This document shows positions 35,401 to 47,400 of a DNA stretch of 64,000 nt, one piece after another (position 1 is the stretch's first letter; each line of letters begins with the position of its first letter). The notes beneath the pieces were generated by a model, which saw only the letters and a list, made by a program, of their open reading frames with translations, searched no databases and was not told the DNA's origin. Made by a program: the position numbers and the translations under genes. The stretch is from Schizochytrium sp. TIO01 (Eukaryota; Protista; Bigyra: Labyrinthulomycetes), in NCBI GenBank assembly GCA_004764695.1, contig SMSO01000031.1, forward strand, positions 7,298,761 to 7,362,760, given 5' to 3'.

Positions 35401-38400
35401 TATCAATATGCGCCACGAGTATCTTCTTTCGAATGAAGTCCAGCCAGGCATGTGGGTGCGCATCTTGCGTGGTGCCTTTTCAGGATACACGGGCTTTGTT
35501 CTCGGTTTGACTGCACAAACAGCCTGTGTATGTATTGACTTTCGTCGTTTGCACTCGGATGAGGCGGATGCAATGGATATGGATGTTGGTCTTTATCCTA
35601 TAGCTGTGCCTCTCACCGCGCTTCTGTGTGTGGCTTATCAAGCTCGCAGCCTTCACCGAGGTATCACAGCAAGTGCTTTGCAGGCAATCATGTCTTCACT
35701 TCCAGATATTTCTGATGCGACAAAAAGGCGCCAAGTCCACATGATTCTAGAAACCCTCGGTCTTGACGAAGAAATGGTTGATTATGGTCTACGTCTTTTC
35801 GATGCGGGCTTGGGTGAAGCGAATCCCGTGCACCAGGATAATCTCCAAGCTTACGCTTTGCAGGCGCCCTTGTATATTGGGGGTTGCCCTGAATGGGGGC
35901 GTGGGGTACGCCGAGGAGTTGCAAGAGGCGTCATAATACAAGATCTGCATTTTGACCGCTCGTCTGCATTCCTACCGAAAACCTCGCGTGCCTTGCCACC
36001 GACTTCTTCGACGTCGACCAGCGTTGCAGATGCACCGTTGCCATCTGCAACTGAGGGGGGCGTCATTCTTTATTTTCCTTTGAGTTTACTGTCAGAATGG
36101 AACGAGGATGAAACATCTGCAGATGACCATGATGGAGACGATGCTGATGCAGGCGATGACTCGAATGTCGGTGGTGGTGTGGGCTTTGATGAGTTGGTGG
36201 CGGCTTTGCATTTCGTTGAAAACCCGCAAGGCCTTTTTCCAGAGGAGTCTCGAAATGAACAGTCAATCGTACGTGCATTAGAGGTGCTGAGTCTAGCATA
36301 TGCGGCATGTGCATCACCAGTCGGCAGAGCTCGATTGACTGCCCCATATGCCCTGACTTTGCTTTTGCGGACCTGTATCTCTGATTCTGCAGCTCTGCCT
36401 CTTCGTATTGCTTCTACGAGAGTGCTTGCTGCCTTACTTGTCGAAGTTCCTCCGCTTGCTGCAAGCAAGTACGCACTTGGGCTCGCAGACGAGTTCGGTC
36501 TCTCGAACAGTGTTAAGGAGCGCGAAGGCTCCGAAGGGAACTTACTCCTTACAATTATCATGCATAGCATAGGTGGCGCCCTTCATTTGGCCAGCGGTAG
36601 AATTGGCTTGCAACGTACTGGCTTTGAGGCAAGAGCAATGGCAATGCAGCTAGTGGAGCTTGTTCATGGACTATGTGCGGCAGAAACTTGGGCTCAAACT
36701 GTTGCGGCCTGGGTAGCGGCAGCTTTAGACCGCTACGCTGATACTATGTCTACCATTCATGGAACATGCCTCATTGAAGTTATGGGCGCCCTGGCCGTTA
36801 TTGGTGGTGTTTTTGAAAGTCCCCGTATCGGTGGTCGCTCCATCGCAGCTTCTTCGAATGGCCTTTTATCCAGAAACGAAGTAGTAGTCCTAGGCAAAGT
36901 CCCACAAACTGTAGCTCCAATTTCCTTAATTGCAGCCAAACATTACCCCAAGCGGAAGTCCCATCGCCCGGTAGACATTACTGCGCGCATGAAGGTTCAG
37001 GTGTCCACAGGTCATCCTTCCGGATCTGTGGGAAATGCTCAGTACCTGTTAGATAGCTCTCCCAATTACTGGGAAAGCAATGGGTATACCCCTCACTGGG
37101 TTCAAATGGTATGCCCGAGTGGATACACCTTTCATACGATTGGAATCTATACAAATGAGAGCTTTGAGAATTACTCTCCTGAAAAGGTAGAAGTTCGTTT
37201 GGGCCCTACACCAGAATCACTTCGAACCGTTCGCATTCTTAAACTCCAACTGTCAACAAAGTGGGTCGATCTAGTCCAGGAGTCGGATGTTCGCAAGTCC
37301 GACCGCGTGTTCCGTTTGGAAATAACCTCTAATCATGCCGGTGGCTGCGACTCCCGCATTCAACAACTTCGTGTTCTCGCTCGGCATCAAGTGGAGGAGA
37401 ATACAAATTCTTTTGAGGCGCTTGATCAACAGTATCATGTGCGCCCAGTGTATGGTAGCGAGGCCAGCCCTGAAGATGAAGAGACCAAAAAAGCCAATCG
37501 TGATTCTGATCGTGCATCATTTTCTCAGTCTTTTGAGCAAGGCTTACCTGGTTACCCTGGAGGAATTGGTTTCCAGGGAGGTAATGAATCAGGGTCTGTC
37601 TATGTTGAGAATGCTTCTCGCCTTGAACCCATCCCTTTGATACCGCCAAGCTCACTTCTTACCGCCTTCCATGGTGATCTTGTCAAAGGTCTTCAACGCA
37701 TTCTTGCTGGAGAACCTAGCAACCTTGTTCATTCTGATGTCCGCGCCCGTGCGGCGAAGTCGGTTTCAATGCTCTTAGAGAACCAGGCTTTGGTGGAACA
37801 GCTTGGGGAGGCTTTAATGCCGCAACTCCTGCAAGAAGTGCGCGCTCGTACAAAGAGACAAGTCATGACCTGTGTGCCTGTCCGCTGGGCATTGAGTGAA
37901 GTCGTTGCTCAACATTCTCGACTCTCTGTTGATGAGAATGAGATAGCTGGTCAAGCTAGAATTGCCTTTGCAAATGCTGGCAAGCTGCACCGTGCTGTCG
38001 CAGTCGACATGAGCCCAATGGTCTCTGGTAAGCATTCCTGGGAAGTAACACTTGATGTCGATATCAAGGATGATGAGACTGCCATGTTTGGAATTACATC
38101 TCTCGCACATCTCGGTTCGGAAATGGGCGCTCAGAACTCTGGAGCAGTGGTAGAAAATATACTAAAGCCGTCTGCTGATTTCTGGATGATTCAGGCATAC
38201 AACGGTCATCGTATTCACGAGGGTGTTTCGATGCAATGGGAAGGGGCACAAGATGCCCGTGTTCATCCTGGTGATACTATTCGCTTCTTACTTGACATGG
38301 ATATGGGTACACTAAGTGTTGCAGTGAATGATAAACCTTTGACAAGAGTGTTCTATGGCATCGATAAACGCGCCACATGGGGTGTTTACCCATGTGTTGC

Positions 38401-41400
38401 ATCTTATGGTAACCGATCCGAAGTTCTGATGACCATGAGGAATATGTGCACGACAACGGGTCATGGAAATTCTGTAGCAGTTCCACAACGACACATCTTC
38501 TTGCATGGCTCTGATGCCAATCTTGAAATTCGTGCAGCCCGTATTTCTGAACTACTTGTCGAGGGCGTTGCGCTAGTATCGGATTATGAGAATGCTGCGC
38601 GCTCCCCACCTCAGGCTTCCTCTAGCAAGTCAAGGAGTAACGATCAAGAGCAAACCGAGCCTGTTTTGGACTTAACGAGTTTTGAATCTGATAGCTCGCT
38701 TGATCTACATGATATTGGATTCGAGGGAGGTAGCTTTGATACAAGCTCTACTCAAAGAGAGCGTTCAGCTTCTGCTCGCGAAGCCATGGGTGGCTCCGCA
38801 GGACTGCAATCTTCTGGTTTAAGTGCCAGCCAACAAATGATTCAAAAGATCAATGTGCTTTACGAAATCGCAGACTCTTCCGCTGAAGAGGATATGAGCC
38901 AGCCATCTCCTCTCACGATTGGTTCGGTAAAGCGCGATCATGAAGTGCAGATCCTAGCTATGGCTATCCTGTCGGATGCTCGTTTCGTCACAACAGGGTT
39001 ATGGCTAGGTGCTGTAGCTCGAGAAGTTCTTGAATGTTTGTATGACCGATACTGTAATCGTGCATTGGAAAAATTAGTTGTTGACTGGTCTTTGTGCACC
39101 TCTCGTCCTTTGCCGCAATACTTGCTTCAGGGCTCTTCATTGCAGCGAACTATTAATCTCGTTTTTCGTAGTACTGCTGGAGATCAAGGTGATGCTCGCG
39201 CTGTAGACGCTATCATGTCTTGGTCATCAGGCGCCGATGAAAGTAGAGTCAAGGATTCTCTCTTGAGCGCCTGCACAACCGTGTTTACCGCTGTTGGGCA
39301 TGAACTTTCTCTTGGTGTTCAAGCCGATCGCGAGCGCCTGAAGATGGAGAGCCAAGCTCGGGAGGCAGAAGATCGAGACGCAGTTACTGCTCTGGCACAA
39401 GTGCGCGAAGCTCGTCGACCAGCAAGCGGCTCGCATGGCTCATCATCATCGATGCAGAGTGGTAGTCGGCGGGAAGGCGTGGCAACACCTGCTCCAGCGA
39501 TATCTACATCAAACGCATTGAATCCGCCTCGGGTTAGGGCTCTTTCTACAACTGGTCCTCTCGAAGTTGGCGATATTGTTCGCGCTCGCTTCATGGGAGG
39601 TCCCAACTGGTTTTCAGGCTATATTGCCAATGTTTACCCTGATGGCACGTATGCCATCGACTATGACGATGGTGATAAAGAGACGCATGTTCCACGTAAT
39701 ATGATTGCGCCCTTGTCTCTGCAAGAAGATTCGCCTTTTGCTGTCGGCGACATAGTCCAGGCGCGCTTTTGCAGAGGCTCAAAATGGTACCGCGGCCGCA
39801 TCGCTCGCACTTACGAAGGAGGGCAGTACGATATTTTGTATGATGATGGTGATCTCGACCGCCGTCTAGAAGGCTCTTATGTACGTGCTGTTGAAAGAGT
39901 GGTTCAGGAGTCCTCAGAATCAACAGCACCAAACCAAGACGATGAACCTCCCCCGGCAGATGCCACTTTGGACGAGCGGCCTGGTCAGTATGTCCTTATT
40001 GCTGACCGTTACCGTGGAGATATCCCTGCAAGTGGAAAACCTGATTCTGCTCAAGTAAGTATTATTAATAGTCCGTCCACTGCAGACGGATACATTCGCA
40101 CAGTCAAGTTGCGTCTTGCCGAACCTCCTGCCGGAGGATTTGGCTCATGGGATGTCATTGTCTTCGAGCGTGCTGGTGATACAAGCACCTTCTTTGTCGT
40201 GGGAGGTACACCAACACAGCCAACATGTGGTACAATTCATTTTGATCCGCATAGTACTGATATCCAAACTGTGCCGGTTGATGGAACGGTTTACATTTCT
40301 CAAGGACAATACCTCGGTGTCATCAACCGGCGCGGTCGATTAAATGTTGCATATACTCCTGGTAAGAAAAAAATCGAAGAAAGTTGGGCTTTGAAACCTG
40401 TTGAGGTGTTCTATTTGATGCCCAAGAGCGTGCCTGAGCCATTCGAAGGAGGACCCCACCGCACACGACTATGGCATGGACGCGCCGGCTGGTGTGCAAC
40501 AATGCAAATTGCAAACGCACCAGAACATGAAGGTAAATCCCGGTATCTTCGACAAAATGCAGAGGACATTTTTGCTATGCGAACAGAGTCTGGAATCCGG
40601 GTGCAAGAAAGTGTTCGCCAAGCCTGTTGGCTATTGACTGTACTTGTACGTGAAAACATTGTTCCTGCAATGCAAATTCTTAACTCCCCATCATTCTTGC
40701 ATTCATTGCGTCGCGTTTGCGATCATGGCATTTTCTGTATCGACGGTGATTCTGGCAAGCTTGAGGAGATCTCTTCACCTGTTTACGAAGCATGGTTGCC
40801 AGTGATTAATTTGATCTCTCTTTTGTGCAATGCTGCAGTTTCGCCAGCTGTGACTACATCTGCACTATCTGGGCAAACCCTTCCTCGCAGCAAAGCAGAA
40901 GCCCTCATTCTTTTACAAGCAGTATTAGAGACTAAGGTGAACGAAATGAATGAACAGCGCCAACGTAGGTTGCGCGACCTAGTAAAGACGCGCGCCCTTC
41001 TAACCTCTTCAAATGCAGCAGATGCCACGGCGGCAAGTACTTCCCCAGGAAACGCATCTTCAACCCCAGCACCAGCTGCAAGTGTTGCTACCACAGCAAC
41101 ATTTGGGGCAGCTCTACCTGGGCCAACTGCCTCACCTCGTGGCTATTTAGAAGCAATGGAAGCGCGCGGTGGTGGTCCAGAATCCACAGCAGAAGGTAAC
41201 TTGGCTGAGGGCGCAAATGACCTCGCCGTGAATGGAGTTCAGTACTCTTCATGGCGGTCTGGTGTACCCGGGCGGCGTATGTTGAATGAAAGCATGGTTA
41301 CAAGTACTCCACCTGCTCCACGTGCATCGAGCGGTGCACACTCTCTTCTTGTAAATAGTGCTAATTATCGTGCAAATGCAGGAAACCGCACCAGAATGTC

Positions 41401-44400
41401 TGATATTGGCGTGACGTTTGCGCACTCATCACCAACTGCTGCACAGGTGTCTACAACTGGTCCTTCCGCTTTGGGGCAGGATGATTCGTCTTCAGGTAGT
41501 ACAGGAGCTTCCAATAATGTTGGTCAAGGCCAAGACTCTAGTGCCACTAAGGTCGCAGATGGACTTCTTCGTCTCGAACATGACGAAAAGGGAACAGTGG
41601 CCGGAATTAGATTTCAGAAGTTGCTGAAGTGCCTCGTCTCCGTTGACGATTTAACACGAAAGGATGGTCTAGATGGTGAAGCTCTACTAATTGACTCCCC
41701 GCGTCGAGCATTGAAAGAAGATTCGTCATGGGAAGATCATAGCATTTCGTTGAAGGCACAATTCTCACTAAATCCCTCTGTTCTTTCCTTTGAACATTTT
41801 CATGGGCGTCTATGCATTAGTGCAATCCGAGAAAAGCCACTCCAGGCGGACGATGAAGCAGAGGTTGAAAATATTAAGCTTGCTTTGCGCGAACTTGCTG
41901 TTGGCGACGAGCTCATTGCCGTAGAAGGTCAGTTCTTGGAGTCTCTTGACGAGAAAACTCGGAGTGAGCTTACAGCTCTCGGGATGGCAGGGCCTCAAAA
42001 TTCGATCATATCCAGTCAAGGTATAGATTCTGAGGGCAGGCACATGCCATCCTCTCACTGGGACTCATCAGAAGATAGCGTTCTAGACTTCTCTCAACCA
42101 TACGTGTACAATGGTGTTGTCTTTCCTCCGTTGGAAGTGAAGGTGGAACTTTGCGAGCGAAGTGATCGGTTCGAAACGGAGCTTACGCAGGACGTTCTGG
42201 AAGGAGTATCCAGTAAGAGTGAGATATCCCTGACTTTCAGACGCCGCCGTGGGGAGTTTACTGTCAGCCAAAAGAATCAGCTTGGCAAGGGCATTTCCTA
42301 CAATGGAATTCGCGAAAGTTTGGAGGGTATCCAAGGCCAGTTGATGTCATCAGAATCCTCTGGCAGCACAAGTTCTCTCGACAATGCAGAGTGGCTTGAT
42401 TCGCTCGTTACAGCCACCGAGTTGCTAAAAGCATTTGCATGTCAAATGTTGCCACCTGATCGTTTCTTAAAGGACCAATTCGTGAGGTGGTGTCAGCATG
42501 TGAAGGGTGGTGTTGTCGAGAGCGAGCATCCGGTTTTCCAAGACGCCTTCAACTTTGTCCAATCTTCCAAGACTTCTTTACGAGGCGATTTGATGGACTT
42601 CATGTCTACAAGAAGTTCAACTGCAGTTGATTATACAAAGAAGCTCTCTCGGCAACGCACACACTCGCGTATGAGTGACGACGACATTTCTTCTATGGAT
42701 GGACTCGAACACAGTAGCTCCACCGCTTCTTTACCTCGCGTTGAAGAAAGCGGCGTTGGGGTAAGCTCAGTTGGACAGTCTCTCAGCAAAGGTGGTGGAT
42801 CTAAATCTCAACTTGAAGCGCGTAGCGTTGGAGTACCTCTTTCGTCGAAATCCGGAACAAGTTCTCACTTGAGTATTCCGGGGGCTACTGCGCTAAATCT
42901 CAGCTGGGATATGCGTTCATGCTTGCGTTTAGGCAACAATTCATCACAAATTGTCGTCCATGTTGATGGCCGAGAGTTTCGGGGTACAAATGGGCTGCCA
43001 CCAAACCTCTCTGTAGTAAGTGGATCAACTTTGGCTCTTACTATTGAAGGAGATGAATCATCACTGATCTCTTCTTCAACTACCTCCAACAAACTGAACG
43101 ATCGGATTGGCCTTGGCCCAAAGCGAAGCGAAATTGCAGTGGCAGGGCTGCGCAACCGCGCGGGCGCTTATATCTGGCTTGGAACCCGGACTCACTTCCG
43201 AGCTAAATTCTTTTGTGGTCGACTGGGCTCTGAGATTGCTGGGTGGACCTCGGCAAATGGTATGTGCGGTCCTGATGGAGATCACCAATGTCCTGACTGT
43301 AGCTACTTTACGCCTCGTAATATGTCTGGTCTCAACATGAGGCCTGGCTCTTCGCGAGACATTAAGCTCCAGCGCATGCCCATGAAGGACCTTCTCTACT
43401 GTGATCGCTGCATGAAGAACCACGTCCCTTGCGCTGACTGTCGTCGTTTTCTTGCTGTTATGGCACGGACTCAACGCATGACGAGAATCCCCTACCGAGT
43501 ACGCGGTGACTTTGACTCAGATGAATCTTATACTCAATTTCTAAATGGGGTTGTTGTTCCGGGTATGCCAATGCGTGTGTCTGTGGTTTCTGCACGTCTT
43601 TCTGGCACGGTGCGTCCTGGTTCGATTGTCGAAGTTCAACTTATCCGTCCAACAGGTCGCACGACAGTAACCTTGCTTGGCCGCTCTCATCCCTCTTCTG
43701 TCCGTTCTAGTTCTAGCTTTGACGTTTCCTTAAGAGATTTGGAGCTTGTTCCTGTTCGAGATATTGGCGGTCAGGATCTCCGCTCTCGGGGTGCAAATGA
43801 TCGTACTCTCAGTGTATCGACTGCACGCGATGCATCGGGCCATGGGGATAGCCTCAGGCGTACGCGCGGGTTGTTGGCACGCCATCCAAACTTTGAGTCT
43901 ATTCTACGTCAAGACCCGGAAAGTACTGATGATATCTTACGCCGCCTAAAGGCTGGCTTGGACGACATCGGTGATGAAGATGATGATATTGATGATATGG
44001 CTGTGGGCGAGGACGGTACAGGCACAGGTGCACGCCGTGAGCAGCATCGTTTCCTTGAAGTTACAGATTTCTTACTTTCAAGTGAATACGCCCGTTACAT
44101 GACACGGAATTGTCATGTTCATGATAAAGTACGATGTTCGAAGCGATATGAAAGTGTGGCGGAAGGTGATGTTGGTGAAGTAATTCGGATTGATGAGGGC
44201 GATGATTTGCCCTGCCAAGTTCTATGGGAGAAGCTTGGAACTCAGTATTGGCTTCCTTGGGATTGTCTCAGTCTCAATTTGGTCCCTCAGTCACGACGTC
44301 GTGGCGCAATCTCTGGTAGAGATGCTGCAGCAGCAGTTGCTGCTGCACTAGCTGATAAATTGAAATCAAGTCGAACCGGTTCCAGTGGCCGGCCTGGCGC

Positions 44401-47400
44401 TCGAGATGACGATGAAACCAGTGTGACTTTCGCTTCCCAACCAATGTCTACTGATAGTGTTGAGGTGTTTAACAACAACAGATCAATCACCAAAGCAACA
44501 CGCAGCTCAGGATGGAGCACACAACGCCTAAATTGCGAAGTTGACGAGGCTGTGCCACGCATGAATGTTTACTTTCACATTGACGACATGTCTGGTCCTA
44601 AATTACTTTTTGGTGTGGTCGCGACAGAAGGGTTTGGAGGCGAAAACAACGAACGGGAGCTTTACACTCCAATGACAGAGGTTGGGGCATGGGCTCTTCG
44701 TTGTGATGGTCAGATTTTCTCGAATGGTGTTCGTATTCGCAGTAACATGTCGAACAGGAGTCTAAAGGTTGGCGACATCATAACTGTAAGTGTCGATGTG
44801 GAAAACTCCATGGTGACATTTTTACGGAACGATGAGGTCCTAAGCACAATTTGCGGCGTCCCCCCCCGTGTTGTGCCAGCAATTTCTCTCACTTCAACCA
44901 TGCAACGGGTTTCTATTCGCCGAGTTGAAGTGGGTGACCAGGTCAAACTTAAGCCCATTGAAGGCTGGGGTTACCGCTTGAATGTGGCTCCTATATTTGA
45001 TCCTAGCAGCCTTCAGAGCCAAGATGGAGCTTCTACACGTTCGTCAACAAGTTCAATTGTACGCTCTATGGATGGGCAATTTAAAGAATACATTTTACGG
45101 CAACACAAGTGGACACGTCGGCAGGACGAGGCACTTGTTTCATATGTGAATGAAACTGTTGCTCGCTCAGACATGGATCTTTCCGAGCTTCTCAAGATTT
45201 CATGGGACGAACTCTACGCACTATCTCCGCTCGATGTCCAGGAGCTCGCTTCTGATGGCGAGCTCGGTGAAGGCAGTACGTTGGAGCTCGATGACTTGCC
45301 TTCAGTTGCAGAGGCCGAAAGCCTTGAGTTTGGTACGGACAACAACATGCAGCATCAAGGCGAAGGTTTTCCTCCACCTCCGATGGTGCGTCGAGGCGCA
45401 AGCTTTACGTTACTCGAGTCAAATTCTTATGAGCATACTACACCTATCGAAGATGTTCAACGGCACCTGTTTACTCAGACCTCCCGCAGTAGCCTTGAGC
45501 CTCTGAATGCCAGGAAGAAGAAGAAACGCCCTGTCTCTGTAGAGCTTCTGGGGCTTGTTCGTGACCGCGCTTCTATAATCGGTGGTTTGCATCAGAATCA
45601 AACTGACGGGACTGCCGGAGGACGGGTCCAGATCAGCTTAGGCGATGATGTACGCATGGACCAAGATCGCCTGCGGGAAACCTTACTGGATATTGCTCAG
45701 CGTTTTGAGCTTGTCCGTTCCCTCAACCGTGCTGTGCATGAGGCTTTGGGCCTTTTAGACCTCAGCGCATGGCGAGACATTGTGAGCACTGCGGCGCATC
45801 TTTCTGAGTGCTCGGGCATACTGTTTGATAAGTTTAAAGTACCTCTGTGGCTTGATGCCATTTCGTCGACGAAAGCAGAAGATATTCATAAGTTTGATGT
45901 GGTTCTTGACTTTGGCAAGGCTATGTCCAAGCGTCATCTGGCTGACGTCCACGGGCGTCACACTGTTTTTGCACAGGCATTCAGAGTTATGCATCCAATG
46001 CCTGCGAAGACACTTCGTGCACATGGTAAACTTTACAAATGTGTCATGCGGGGTATGGCAAGCCACGATGATGGCGGCCCGTATCGTCAGAGCTTTTCTG
46101 AATATTGCAAGGAACTGCAGACTCTTCCAGGCGTCGGCTTACTACTTCCGTGTTCTAATCGTGCAAACGAGATCCGCGTGAATCGTGATCGCTGGCTGCC
46201 GAACCCCGCGGCTACCTCACCCGTCCAGATTAGTATGTTCGAATTTTTGGGCAAACTAATGGGTATTGCAATTCGTAACCGGGAGTTGCTAGATCTGCGA
46301 CTCCCGAGCTTGGTTTGGAAGCCATTGGTGAACCAAGTTCCTACAATTGATGATTTGCGTGCTGTTGACGTACTTACAGTTACAAATACAGATCCTGACT
46401 GCGCTGATCCCTCGGCTTTGCTTGCACAGCAACCTATGTATTACACTGTAATTACCTTGGACGGCAGGGAAGTAGAACTTGTACCTAACGGTCGCTTTCT
46501 TCAAGTGACACCAGATAACTACCGTGACTGGGCCCAACGTGTGCTCGACTTCAAGGTACACGAGTTTGACACTCAAGTAGAAGCTATTCGACGTGGCCTC
46601 GGTACCATAGTACCGCAGAGACTTTTGATGTTATTTCGTTGGGAGGAGCTTGAGTTGATGGTTTGTGGTCAGCCTAAGATTGATATCAATTTACTAAAAC
46701 GAATGACAGTCTATTCAGATTGTTCTGAGAATGACGCACACATTCAGTACTTCTGGGAGGTGTTGAATGACTTTTCAGATGAGCAACGCTCTGACTACCT
46801 AAAGTTCGTGTGGGGCCGAGCACGTCTTCCCATGGATCGTGAGTCATGGGATCAGCCTCACAAGATTTCGTCCTTTTACCCACCTCGTGCGGCTTATGGA
46901 CGGCCCGAAATGCGTCCAGATGATATGTTACCATATGCGCATACTTGCTACTTCAGCCTCGACCTTCCATCTTACTCAAGCAAGGAAGTAATGAGGCGCA
47001 AATTGCTTTATGCTGTTCAATGTACTGAGATTGATGGTGATCAAACCACAACAGGACGGATGAGCCTGCGTCTTGGCTTTGAGATCGACGATGACGACGA
47101 CGATGATGCTGCTGAAGATAGCTTTGGTCAGGATGTGTATGATGATGTTGAGGATGCGGCGGCCAGTGGTGGAGGCCAATTGCCTGCTTCTCCGCCTCCG
47201 CCTCCGCCTCCAATCGATGTAGATGTTTCTGGATCCTTTAATCGTGGCACAGGGGATACAATCGTAAGCCCAAGCGGAGTACCGCTTCGACCACTGCCTT
47301 TGGATACAATTGCAGAAAGTATTGCTGGTTATGCTCGTCGGCGTGTAACACCACTTGAAACCAGCGTGGGCGATGCTAATGAAAGTGGACACCTGTCTGG

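Noticed and set aside
26569-47392. Many short antisense and alternate-frame ORFs inside the long genes
   Set aside because: Shadow ORFs expected from codon bias; no independent motifs.
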